A DNA stretch of 64,000 nucleotides, taken from NCBI GenBank assembly GCA_022797295.1, contig JAAWKH010000007.1, positions 1,338 through 65,337 of the forward strand. The letters run 5' to 3'. Positions 22,709 to 31,643 of this stretch are shown one piece after another. Source of the DNA: Peptococcaceae bacterium. GTDB taxonomy: Bacteria > Bacillota > Dehalobacteriia > UBA4068 > UBA4997. Both the position numbers and the translations under genes were made by a program. Below the pieces are notes generated by a model. That model made no database searches, was not told the DNA's origin, and was given only the letters and a program-made list of their open reading frames with translations. Numbering within the stretch: position 1 is the stretch's first letter; every line of letters starts with the position of its first letter.

Positions 22709-23095
22709 TTATTCCGGTATTTTGGCAATTAACTCCACTTCCAACAGGCTGCCCTTTGGCAAAGCGGCAATCTGCACACAGGAACGGGCCGGAAAAGGTT
22801 CCACAAAATATTCAGCATAAATGCTGTTTACTTCGGCAAAATTGGCCAAATCAGTTAAAAACACTGTGGTTTTCAACACATCCGCAAAGCCGCAGCCAGC
22901 AGCTGCCAAAACCTGCTTCAGGTTGGCAAAAACCTGCCGGGCCTGAGCCTCCACCGTTTCGCTGGCCAACTCGCCGGTGGCTGGGTCAATCGGCACCTGA
23001 CCGCTGGCAAAGAAGAAGCCGCCAGCCACAATCCCCTGAGAGTACGGCCCCAAAGCGGCCGGAGCAGCCGCCGTAGTAATCTGTTTTTTTGACAT
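22709..23095 (-). CDS. ridA: RidA family (YjgF/TdcF) reactive-intermediate/imine deaminase.
   Basis: About 128 aa from MSKKQ, with RidA-like motifs (PAALGPYSQG...ASGQVPIDPATGEL...RSCVQIAALPKG). Confidence 0.8.
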   Translation of the reverse strand: MSKKQITTAAAPAALGPYSQGIVAGGFFFASGQVPIDPATGELASETVEAQARQVFANLKQVLAAAGCGFADVLKTTVFLTDLANFAEVNSIYAEYFVEPFPARSCVQIAALPKGSLLEVELIAKIPE

Positions 23096-23167
23096 TACTA
23101 TAAAACACATCCTTTGTTAAGTTAGAAAAATTCAGTCTATTTTAAATAGGTAGAAAATGGTTCAAAT

Positions 23168-23842
23168 TTATTCAACCGGAGCCGATTCCACCGGTGCAGC
23201 AGCCGCAACATCGCCGCCGCCAGCCGCCGCGGGAGCTCCCTCAACCCCACCGGCCGCCTCCACGGAACCGCCCTCTTGCGCCTGCTCCTCATCCTCAAAC
23301 AAGGAGTCGTATTTCTCGTGCTCCTTAGCGGACATCGCCAACGTTTTAGCCATTGTGTAAAGCACTTGGCTATATTCCAGCAGCTTTTGTTCATCAGAGC
23401 CCGGCACCTGGCCGCCGGTGGAAATGCGGCGAGCAATTTCCATCATTTTCAGCATGTAGTCCATGGCCTCTTTGGCCGCTTCCGCCTCGTCCTTGGCCGC
23501 TTCTTTCTGCCGTTGCAAAGACTCCTGCATAGCCTTGGCCGCCTGCTCCGCCATTTTCTTTTCATTCTCCAGCTTGTTGTCAGTGCCGGTTAAAGCCTGA
23601 TAAACCGCATTGGCCGCCGCCAGGCGAGCCTCTGCCGAAAGCGCCACTCTGTCCTGCTTGCTCACAGCCGCAGTTTGCGCCGCGGCTTGACGCAATCCGG
23701 TTTGCGCGTTTTCCTGCACATTATCGGCCACACCAGCCACCACTGATTTGGCCTGCGCGCCCTGCCCGGCCGACGTATTCCGACGCTTGGGGCCGAAAAT
23801 ATTATTCCGGCCAAAAATGTTGTTTTGATTTGTGATCCTCAC
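23168..23842 (-). CDS. Hypothetical Ala/Glu/Lys-rich coiled-coil protein.
   Basis: 224 aa with no recognisable family. It is low-complexity with a central coiled-coil-like region. Confidence 0.4.
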   Translation of the reverse strand: MRITNQNNIFGRNNIFGPKRRNTSAGQGAQAKSVVAGVADNVQENAQTGLRQAAAQTAAVSKQDRVALSAEARLAAANAVYQALTGTDNKLENEKKMAEQAAKAMQESLQRQKEAAKDEAEAAKEAMDYMLKMMEIARRISTGGQVPGSDEQKLLEYSQVLYTMAKTLAMSAKEHEKYDSLFEDEEQAQEGGSVEAAGGVEGAPAAAGGGDVAAAAPVESAPVE

Positions 23843-23892
23843 TTTGTTAGCCTCCTTTGCTAAGCCACGGCTAAATGGCTAAAAATTCAATT

Positions 23893-25329
23893 TCAGCGGT
23901 GATGCCTGCCGTGATGACCGCCCACCGCCTGGCTGGCATAATGATGCGTATGGTTCAGGGAACAATTCTGCGCACAGTAACCGCTTTGATAATGATGAGT
24001 GTGGCTCAAAGTGCAGTTCTGCGGGCAGTAACCATCCGCAGTTTGATAACAATGCGTATGGTTCAGCGAGCAATTTTGCGGACAGTAATCAGTCTGATAG
24101 TAGTGTGTATGGTTCAGCACACAATTTTGGGCACAGTAAACCGTCTGACTGGATACGCTGACCGCTTGCTGAGCGACACGGTGAGCTTGATTGTAGAAGT
24201 AATCCTGCCGTTCCGCCTGCATATCCAACACCTGACCGGTGTAGGCGTCCAACTCCAATTCATATTTCACAAAATTGTAGTAAATTTCCACATCGTAAAC
24301 CCAGCGGTCATCATCATATTCCAACTTTAGCTTGGTGATATTGTTCAGGCTGGAACCCGGCACCGCCCGCAAAGCAGCCGCCCGCGCGTCATCATTGCTC
24401 ATCACCTGGCTCTGGTTGGGATTTTGGTTTGACTGGCCGGGCTGAACAATCTGCCCCGCTTTGTTTTCTGTTTCCATCTTGAGTGTGGCGCCGGTGTAAG
24501 CATCCAGCTCCAGCTCATATTCCACAAAGTTGTAAAGCAGCTCCACCTCATAAACCGGGCGGCCATCGTCATAATCCAGCTTTAGCTTGGTAATATCACT
24601 GGCCGAAGCGCCGGAAACTATGCGCAAAGCAACCGCTCTGGCCTCATCCAAAGTCAGCATTACGCCATTGTTGTTTGAGCCGGGATTGGTTGTTCCGGGA
24701 TTAACCGGCTTGTTTGAGGTGTTGGAATTAAAGCTGTCCGCATCCGTCACCGTATTGCCGGAGCCAGTACCGCCATAAATGCTGATGGTGGAAGTGCGTC
24801 CGTCCCAATCCACATTTTTACCCATCAGCTCGCCAATCGAACGCAAGGGCAAATAAACCGAACCGTTGTAAAGCAACGGATAAATGGCAGTGCCGTCGGA
24901 ATTGGTGAAGCTGCGGCGCACGCCATCCATCATAATTGTAAAATCCGGGCGCAGCTGAGCCGTCACATATTGCCGGGAAGCCGACGTTACCCGACCGCTA
25001 GAGGGTGCCGCGGTGCGCTTGCCCTCCAGGCTGGCCGTCAAATTGGCCTCATCCCAGTTGACATTTTTGTTCATCAACTCGCCCATCGCCCGCAAAGGCA
25101 GATAAGTGCTGTTGTTGTAAACCAACGGATAAACCGGCTGTCCTGTTGAGTTAAAAAGGTTCTGGTTTACACCATCCACAACGATTTTATAATCGGGGTT
25201 CAACTGAGCTGTCACATTGGTGACGGTGGGGGCGGCGCTTACCACGCCAGCCGCTCCCAGCAAGGCAACCAACAGCAACATCACCAGCAACAGCATACTC
25301 CTCCGGGATTTCAGAATACGCATAAGCAT
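23893..25329 (-). CDS. Secreted protein with 2x copper-amine-oxidase-N-like (Cu_amine_oxidN1) domains, 2x PepSY domains and a C-terminal 4x Cys/His-rich repeat.
   Basis: Signal peptide, then the Cu_amine_oxidN1-type YLPLRAMGELMNKNVNWD and YLPLRSIGELMGKNVDWD. Two PepSY-like blocks follow (ITKLKL(D/E)YDD..VYEVE..Y...YELELDAYTG). The tail repeats YC(A/P)QNC(S/T/V)L(N/S)HTH(H/Y/C)YQ four times. Confidence 0.7.
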   Translation of the reverse strand: MLMRILKSRRSMLLLVMLLLVALLGAAGVVSAAPTVTNVTAQLNPDYKIVVDGVNQNLFNSTGQPVYPLVYNNSTYLPLRAMGELMNKNVNWDEANLTASLEGKRTAAPSSGRVTSASRQYVTAQLRPDFTIMMDGVRRSFTNSDGTAIYPLLYNGSVYLPLRSIGELMGKNVDWDGRTSTISIYGGTGSGNTVTDADSFNSNTSNKPVNPGTTNPGSNNNGVMLTLDEARAVALRIVSGASASDITKLKLDYDDGRPVYEVELLYNFVEYELELDAYTGATLKMETENKAGQIVQPGQSNQNPNQSQVMSNDDARAAALRAVPGSSLNNITKLKLEYDDDRWVYDVEIYYNFVKYELELDAYTGQVLDMQAERQDYFYNQAHRVAQQAVSVSSQTVYCAQNCVLNHTHYYQTDYCPQNCSLNHTHCYQTADGYCPQNCTLSHTHHYQSGYCAQNCSLNHTHHYASQAVGGHHGRHHR

Positions 25330-25397
25330 CTCCTCCTTATTTCTTTTTCTACCTATATATTATAAGTAATTCTCCGCCATTAAGCAAGTGGTTTTAG

Positions 25398-27386
25398 CTA
25401 TTTTATCGCAGATTTTTTACTGGAACTTTTTGGCCCGGCTGCTGTTTTAGGCCGGCCAGCTGTGGAGCCTGCCGATTTGTAACGCCGCGGCTCCTCTGGA
25501 AAGCGCACAAAACGGTTCGATGTGCGGCAATCGTGCACCAGATACTGCACATAACGACGAATACTAGCCATAAAAACTTCATCCGTCATCCGGCCGCCCG
25601 CAATGGCGGAAAGCCCGCGTTCCCACTTGCCGGTGGTTTCCGGCGATTTCAGCTCCGGCGGCACCACCTCCATCAAGCGCTCCCCCTTTTCGGTGGGCAG
25701 CAAATTTTTGCCCTGCCGCCGGATATAGCCCACTTTCAGCAACCGTTCAATAATAGCCGCCCTGGTGGCCGGCGTGCCCAGGCCGTTCTCCTTTAGCTGC
25801 TCGCGCAGGGCTTCGTCCTCCACAAAACGCCCGGCGTTCTCCATTGCGGATAGCAGCCCCGCCTCCGTATACGGCTTGGGCGGTTGGGTTTTCTTACGGC
25901 TGCTTTTGACGGCCAAAACTTGCGCCGGCTGCCCCTCCTGCAAGCTGGGCAGCTGCTGGTCGTCCTCTTTGGCGCTTTTTTTGGCTGTGGCGGTCTTTTT
26001 CGGCGGCGTCTCCGCCGCCTCCCAGGCTTGCAGCTGTTGATAAACCGCCTGCCAACCGGCCTGCAAAACCTCCTGCCCGCGGGAAGCAAACAGCTCGCCC
26101 TGCGGATTGGCCTCCGTTTGCACCTGCGTCAGCACCTTTGTCACGGCATAACGATAGGGCGGATAAAACACTGCCAGGAAGCGCAGCGCCACCAAACGAA
26201 ACACCCGCAGCTCATCCGGGGTCAACCCCTCCAGGCGCAAATTGCCCTCCGTGGGGATAATAGCGTGATGATCGCTAATTTTGCTGTTATCAATAATCCG
26301 CTTGCTCAGCGGCAACGGTTGGCCCAACAGCGGCGCGGCCAAATCTGAAAACTGAGTCAGACCAGCCAAACGCTGCACCCGGCTGGCCAAATGCGGCGCC
26401 AAGTCGTCGCTGAGATAACGGCTATCCGTGCGTGGATAGGTCAGCAACTTGCGCCGCTCATACAAGCTTTGAGCAATATCCAGCGTTTTCTGGGCGGAAT
26501 AGCCATAGCGTCGATTACAATCGCGCTGTAGCTCCGTCAAATCGTAAAGCAGAGGCGGCGGCTGGCTTTTTTCCTCGCGCCCCACCTGCAAGACCTGCGC
26601 CGGCCGGCCCTTCACCGCCGCCTGCAAGGCCTTGGCCTGCTCGGCGGCCTGCGGGCCAACCAAGCGCGTTTTACCCTGCTTATCCTGCCAAACGCCCCAA
26701 TAGGTTTGGCCGTCCGCCAAAGCAAAATCGGCCCTAAGCTCCCAATATTCCTCCGGCACAAAAGCGGCAATCTCCTGCGCCCGCGCCACAATAATCGCCA
26801 AAGTTGGCGTTTGCACCCGGCCAATGGAAAGCAATGTGTTATATTTCAGGGTGTAGGCCCGGCTGGCGTTAATACCCACCAGCCAATCCGCCTCCGAACG
26901 GCAGCGAGCCGAAGCAAACAGATTATCGTAATCCGCACCGGGGCGCAGGCTGGCAAAGCCCTCCCGCAGGGCCTCGTCCGTCATACTGGAAACCCACAGC
27001 CGCCGAAAAGGCTTGCGGCAGCCGCACAGCTGATAAATATAGCGAAAAATCAGCTCGCCCTCCCGACCGGAATCGGTGGCGCAAATCAAACTTTCCACCT
27101 CCGGGCTGCGCAGCAGCTTTTTCAGCACCGCCAGCTGGGCCCGGCCGCTGACCACTGCTTGCAGCTGCATTTGCTCCGGCATAATCGGCAGCGTTTCCAT
27201 ACTCCACTTTTTCCAGGCCGGATTGTAGTCCTCCGGGTTGCAAAGGGCGGCCAGATGGCCCACCGCCCAGGATACGATATAATTGCCGCCAGCAAGCAGA
27301 CCGTCTCCTTTTTCCCGGCAGCCCAAAACGCGGGCGATGTCGCGCCCGACGGAGGGTTTTTCGGCTATTACTAAAACTTTTCCCAT
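25398..27386 (-). CDS. topB: DNA topoisomerase III.
   Basis: 662 aa. The N-terminus VLVIAEKPSVGRDIARVLGC and WAVGHL (Toprim plus type IA topoisomerase) closely match Bacillus TopB, with a Lys-rich C-terminal tail. Confidence 0.85.
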   Translation of the reverse strand: MGKVLVIAEKPSVGRDIARVLGCREKGDGLLAGGNYIVSWAVGHLAALCNPEDYNPAWKKWSMETLPIMPEQMQLQAVVSGRAQLAVLKKLLRSPEVESLICATDSGREGELIFRYIYQLCGCRKPFRRLWVSSMTDEALREGFASLRPGADYDNLFASARCRSEADWLVGINASRAYTLKYNTLLSIGRVQTPTLAIIVARAQEIAAFVPEEYWELRADFALADGQTYWGVWQDKQGKTRLVGPQAAEQAKALQAAVKGRPAQVLQVGREEKSQPPPLLYDLTELQRDCNRRYGYSAQKTLDIAQSLYERRKLLTYPRTDSRYLSDDLAPHLASRVQRLAGLTQFSDLAAPLLGQPLPLSKRIIDNSKISDHHAIIPTEGNLRLEGLTPDELRVFRLVALRFLAVFYPPYRYAVTKVLTQVQTEANPQGELFASRGQEVLQAGWQAVYQQLQAWEAAETPPKKTATAKKSAKEDDQQLPSLQEGQPAQVLAVKSSRKKTQPPKPYTEAGLLSAMENAGRFVEDEALREQLKENGLGTPATRAAIIERLLKVGYIRRQGKNLLPTEKGERLMEVVPPELKSPETTGKWERGLSAIAGGRMTDEVFMASIRRYVQYLVHDCRTSNRFVRFPEEPRRYKSAGSTAGRPKTAAGPKSSSKKSAIK

Positions 27387-28798
27387 TAATCTGCCTCAAT
27401 GAATGCCTTATACCCTTTATACGCTTCATATATATCCGCCTTGCTGGTAACCTCCCACGGCGCATGCATATTCAGCACGGCCACGCCGCTGTCAATAACC
27501 TCCATACCATAAAGCGCCAGGATATAAGCAATGGTGCCGCCGCCGCCCAAATCAACCTTGCCCAGCTCCGCCGTCTGATAATGCACGCCGGCCTCGTCCA
27601 TCACCCGGCGCAACCAGGCCAGATATTCGGCGTTAGCGTCGTTGGAGCCGGATTTGCCTCTGGCCCCGGTGAACTTGTTAAACACCAGTCCGCGGCCCAA
27701 ATAAGCCACATTCTTCTTCTCAAAAGCCGCAGCGTAAGCTGGGTCAAAAGCGGAGCTGACGTCGGATGAAAGCATGCGGCTCCTCTGCAACAGACGGCGC
27801 AAATTAAGCTCGCTGTAATCGCCGGTTAGGTTCAAAAGCTCCGCCACGCTGTTTTCAAAAAAGCGGGATTGCATGCCCGTGGCTCCCACGCTGCCAATCT
27901 CCTCCTTATCCACCAGCAAGCAGCAGGCGCAACGATCGCTTTGCTCCACGGCCAACATCGCCCGCAAAGAGGGGTAGGCACAAGCTGCGTCGTCCTGGCC
28001 GTAAGCCAAAATCATGCTGCGGTCCAAGCCCGCTTCTCTGGCCGGGCCGGCCGGCACCACTTCCAGCTCCGCAGAAATAAAATCTTCCTCTGTCAGGTCA
28101 TATTTTTCCGCCAGCAAGTGCAGCACATTGGCCTTCACCGCCTCCTTAGCCGCCCCCTGGGCGTCCTTATCCTCGCCGGCCAACGCTTTCGGCAGAGCGG
28201 CGTTGCCAATCAAAATATTCAGAGCCTCGCCCTCCACCACGCGCGCGCCTTTCTTTTCCAGCTGCTCCTGCGCCAAATGCACCAACAAATCGGTGACGCA
28301 GAAAACCGGGTCGGCAGGGTCCTCGCCAATCACAATTTCCACCGTGGAGCCGTCCTTTTTCACCACCACCCCGTGCAGGGCCAGCGGCAAAGTCACCCAC
28401 TGATATTTTTTTATACCGCCGTAATAGTGCGTATCCAAAAAGGCTAATTCGCCCTCCTCAAACAAAGGGTTTTGCTTAATATCCAGCCGGGGCGAATCAA
28501 TATGCGCCCCCAAAATATTCAAACCGGCGGTTAACGGCTGCCGCCCCAAACGAAACAGCGCCACCGCCTTGCCCATGCAAACGCTGTAAACCTTGGCCCC
28601 GGCAAGCAGCGGCCGCCCAGCCTGCGCCGCAGCCTCCAGGCTTATGTAACCGGCCGCCTCCGCCTGCTGCACAATCTCCCGCACACTTTCGCGCTCTGTT
28701 TTGCAAAGGCTCAAAAACTGGCGGTAATCCGCCGCCACCGCCTCCAGCTCTTGCCAATCAGCTTCATTATATAACTTAAAACAATTTTCCCGTTTCAA
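27386..28798 (-). CDS. M18-family (aspartyl) aminopeptidase.
   Basis: 470 aa with the GAHIDSP motif typical of M18 aminopeptidases. Confidence 0.6.
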   Translation of the reverse strand: MKRENCFKLYNEADWQELEAVAADYRQFLSLCKTERESVREIVQQAEAAGYISLEAAAQAGRPLLAGAKVYSVCMGKAVALFRLGRQPLTAGLNILGAHIDSPRLDIKQNPLFEEGELAFLDTHYYGGIKKYQWVTLPLALHGVVVKKDGSTVEIVIGEDPADPVFCVTDLLVHLAQEQLEKKGARVVEGEALNILIGNAALPKALAGEDKDAQGAAKEAVKANVLHLLAEKYDLTEEDFISAELEVVPAGPAREAGLDRSMILAYGQDDAACAYPSLRAMLAVEQSDRCACCLLVDKEEIGSVGATGMQSRFFENSVAELLNLTGDYSELNLRRLLQRSRMLSSDVSSAFDPAYAAAFEKKNVAYLGRGLVFNKFTGARGKSGSNDANAEYLAWLRRVMDEAGVHYQTAELGKVDLGGGGTIAYILALYGMEVIDSGVAVLNMHAPWEVTSKADIYEAYKGYKAFIEAD

Positions 28799-28941
28799 AA
28801 TTTTCGCCTCCGTTTTATCTTTTTTACCTAATTATAATGGATATGCGCCAATAAATCAACCGCAACTTTGCGTATTACCCCTTGAAAACCTAGTAAATAT
28901 ATGTTATTATAGGCTTTAGAAGTGCGAGGTGAAGCAAGAAA

Positions 28942-29382
28942 GTGAAGATTTCAACCAAAGGACGCTACGCCCTACGTATGCTGCTAGATTTGGCAGAGCA
29001 CCAGCAGCAGGGTTTCATCGCCCTGAAAGACATTGCCGCCAGGCAGGAAATCTCCAAAAAATATTTGGAGCAGATTGTGGCAATTCTGAACAAAACCGAC
29101 ATTTTGCAAACCAATCGGGGCTTTCAGGGCGGCTACAAGCTGGCCAAGCCGCCGGCGCATTACACAGTGGGCAGTATTCTGCGGCTGACGGAAGGCAGCC
29201 TTTCCCCCGTGGCCTGCCTGGATCATGACCCCGCCAGCTGCCCGCGCCACAGCGCCTGCGCCACCCTGCCTGTTTGGCAAGGGCTGGAAAAAGTTATCAA
29301 CGAATATCTGGACGCCATAACCTTGCAGGATATTCTCGATGAACAACGCCAGGCCCAAAATAAAAATGACTACGTAATTTAA
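28942..29382 (+). CDS. Rrf2 family transcriptional regulator, IscR/CymR-like with 3 Cys, possibly Fe-S-binding.
   Basis: MKISTKGRYALRMLLDLA is the Rrf2 wHTH N-terminus. Cys residues in VACLDHDPASCPRHSAC. Confidence 0.85.
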   Translation: MKISTKGRYALRMLLDLAEHQQQGFIALKDIAARQEISKKYLEQIVAILNKTDILQTNRGFQGGYKLAKPPAHYTVGSILRLTEGSLSPVACLDHDPASCPRHSACATLPVWQGLEKVINEYLDAITLQDILDEQRQAQNKNDYVI

Positions 29383-29471
29383 GCCTATTATTGCAAATTT
29401 CGGAAGATTATGCTAAAATAAGGGCTGTAACAGCGAAACATTCAGCTTAAACATTTTTAAAGAGGTGCCAT

Positions 29472-29861
29472 ATGCAGATTAGGGAATCCGCCGAGGATTA
29501 TCTGGAAGCCATATTGATTTTAAAAGGCGAAAACGGCAATGTGCGCGCTATTGACATCGCCCACCACCTGGGCTTCAGCCGCCCCAGCGTCAGCATTGCC
29601 ATGAAAAACCTGCGGGAAAACGGCTATATCACCGTTTCCCAAGACGCGCTAATCAGCCTGACGGCCAAAGGGCAGGAAATTGCCGAGCGGGTTTATGAAC
29701 GCCACCAAGTCCTCACCGATTGCCTGCTGCGCCTGGGCGTCAATCCGGCCAACGCCAAAGCCGACGCCTGCCGCCTGGAACACGATTTAAGCGATGACAG
29801 CTTTGCCAAGATTAAAGCCTACTATCTGCAATGCTTGGCAAACCAGCCCAAGGCAAACTAA
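29472..29861 (+). CDS. DtxR/MntR family metal-dependent transcriptional repressor.
   Basis: 129 aa. ESAEDYLEAILIL...VRAIDIAHHLGFSRPSVSIAMKNLRENGYI is the DtxR-type HTH. Confidence 0.8.
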   Translation: MQIRESAEDYLEAILILKGENGNVRAIDIAHHLGFSRPSVSIAMKNLRENGYITVSQDALISLTAKGQEIAERVYERHQVLTDCLLRLGVNPANAKADACRLEHDLSDDSFAKIKAYYLQCLANQPKAN

Positions 29862-29891
29862 AACAATCCCAGGAATATTGGAGGTTCTACA

Positions 29892-31589
29892 ATGGAAGAA
29901 AAAGCAAAGGAACAAAACCAAGCCACCACGGAAAACCCAACGGAAAACCGTTTGGCTGGTAATTTTATTCATGATGAAATTGAGGCCGATTTAGCCGCCG
30001 GCCACGCGCAGGCCGTGCACACCCGTTTCCCGCCGGAGCCCAACGGCTATCTGCACATTGGCCACGCCAAAAGCATTTGCCTAAACTTTGGCACAGCCAA
30101 AAAATATCAGGGCCTGTGCAACCTGCGCTTTGACGACACCAACCCGGCCAAGGAGGAGCAGGAGTTTATGGACGCTATCAAGGCCGACGTTCGCTGGCTG
30201 GGCTTTGATTGGCAGGATCGGCTTTTTTTTGCCTCGGATTACTTTGAGCAAATTTACCAATACGCAGTGGAGCTGATAAAGGCAGGCAAGGCCTACGTCT
30301 GCGAACTCAACGCCGACCAAATGCGAGAGCACCGCGGCAGCATTGGCGTGCCGGCCACCTCTCCCTGGCGCGACCGGCCGATTGAGGAAAGTCTGGACCT
30401 TTTTGCCCGCATGCGCTCCGGCGAATTTGCCGACGGTCAGTACACCCTGCGCGCCAAGATTGACCTGGCCTCGCCCAACTTTGTAATGCGCGACCCGGTC
30501 ATCTATCGTATTCAACATGGGGAACACAACCGCACCGGCAATGATTGGTGCATATACCCGATGTATGATTTTGCCCATCCCATTTCCGATTCCCTGGAGG
30601 GGATTACGCATTCCATCTGCACTATGGAGTTTGAAATCCACCGGCCGCTTTACGATTGGGTGATTGACAACACCAGTTGCCCCACCAAAAGCCGCCAGAT
30701 TGAATTTGCCCGCCTGAACCTGACCCACACCGTGATGAGCAAACGTTTCCTGCGCCGCCTGGTGGAGGAGGGCCATGTGCGCGGTTGGGACGATCCCCGC
30801 ATGCCCACCCTTTCCGGCCTGCGCCGCCGCGGCTACACCCCGGAGGCCATCCGCGATTTTTGCGAACGCATTGGCGTGGCCAAGGCGGAAAGTATGGTGG
30901 ATTCCGCCCTGCTGGAGCATTGCCTGCGGGAGGATTTGAACACTCAGGCCGACCGGGTGATGTGTGTGCTGCGGCCGCTGAAAGTGGTTATCACCAACTA
31001 TCCTGAGGACGGCCGGGAAATGCTGCCCATTGAGAATAACCCGGAAAAGCCGGAGCGCGGCAAACGTCTGTTGCCCTTTGGCCGGGAAATCTATATCGAG
31101 CAGGATGATTTTATGGAGGAGCCGCCGAAAAAATTCTTCCGCCTGAAGCCCGGCGGCGAAGTGCGCCTGAAAGCCGCCTACATCATCAAATGTGAGGAAG
31201 TTATCAAAGACGAGGCCGGCAACATTGTGGAGCTGCACTGCACTTACGACCCGGAAACCATCAGCGGCGGCCCCAGCACCAAAAAGGTGAAAGGCACCAT
31301 CCACTGGGTGAACGCCAAGGAGTGCAAAACTGCTGAAGTTCGCCTTTACGATTATCTGTTCACGGCGGACAATCCCTATGATTGCCCTGAGGGCACCGAC
31401 TTTATTGATAATCTGAACCCCAACAGCCTGGAAGTTTTGCCGGACGCTAAAATTGAACCAATTTATGTTATGCCTAACGAGCGTTTCCAATTCCTGCGCC
31501 ATGGCTACTTCTGCGTCGACCCGGACACTGAAAACGACCATATGGTTTTCAACCGTATTGTTTCGCTGAAATCCTCATTTAAGGCTTAA
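29892..31589 (+). CDS. glnS: Glutamine--tRNA ligase.
   Basis: [24 protein letters not shown] is near-identical to the E. coli GlnRS HIGH region. VMSKR is the KMSKS motif. 565 aa. Confidence 0.9.
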   Translation: MEEKAKEQNQATTENPTENRLAGNFIHDEIEADLAAGHAQAVHTRFPPEPNGYLHIGHAKSICLNFGTAKKYQGLCNLRFDDTNPAKEEQEFMDAIKADVRWLGFDWQDRLFFASDYFEQIYQYAVELIKAGKAYVCELNADQMREHRGSIGVPATSPWRDRPIEESLDLFARMRSGEFADGQYTLRAKIDLASPNFVMRDPVIYRIQHGEHNRTGNDWCIYPMYDFAHPISDSLEGITHSICTMEFEIHRPLYDWVIDNTSCPTKSRQIEFARLNLTHTVMSKRFLRRLVEEGHVRGWDDPRMPTLSGLRRRGYTPEAIRDFCERIGVAKAESMVDSALLEHCLREDLNTQADRVMCVLRPLKVVITNYPEDGREMLPIENNPEKPERGKRLLPFGREIYIEQDDFMEEPPKKFFRLKPGGEVRLKAAYIIKCEEVIKDEAGNIVELHCTYDPETISGGPSTKKVKGTIHWVNAKECKTAEVRLYDYLFTADNPYDCPEGTDFIDNLNPNSLEVLPDAKIEPIYVMPNERFQFLRHGYFCVDPDTENDHMVFNRIVSLKSSFKA

Positions 31590-31604
31590 TATAAGACCGA
31601 AAAG

Positions 31605-31640
31605 CAATATCCCCTGCCCATACAAGGCGGGGGATATTTG
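31605..31640. terminator. Bidirectional intrinsic terminator between glnS (+) and sbcC (-).
   Basis: ATATCCCCTGCCCATACAAGGCGGGGGATAT is a hairpin with flanking T/A. Confidence 0.75.
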
Positions 31641-31643
31641 TAT

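Noticed and set aside
30081-31541. A 486-aa minus-strand ORF across glnS.
   Set aside because: It is antisense to an unambiguous glnS (HIGH/KMSKS motifs). High GC suppresses stop codons on the opposite strand.
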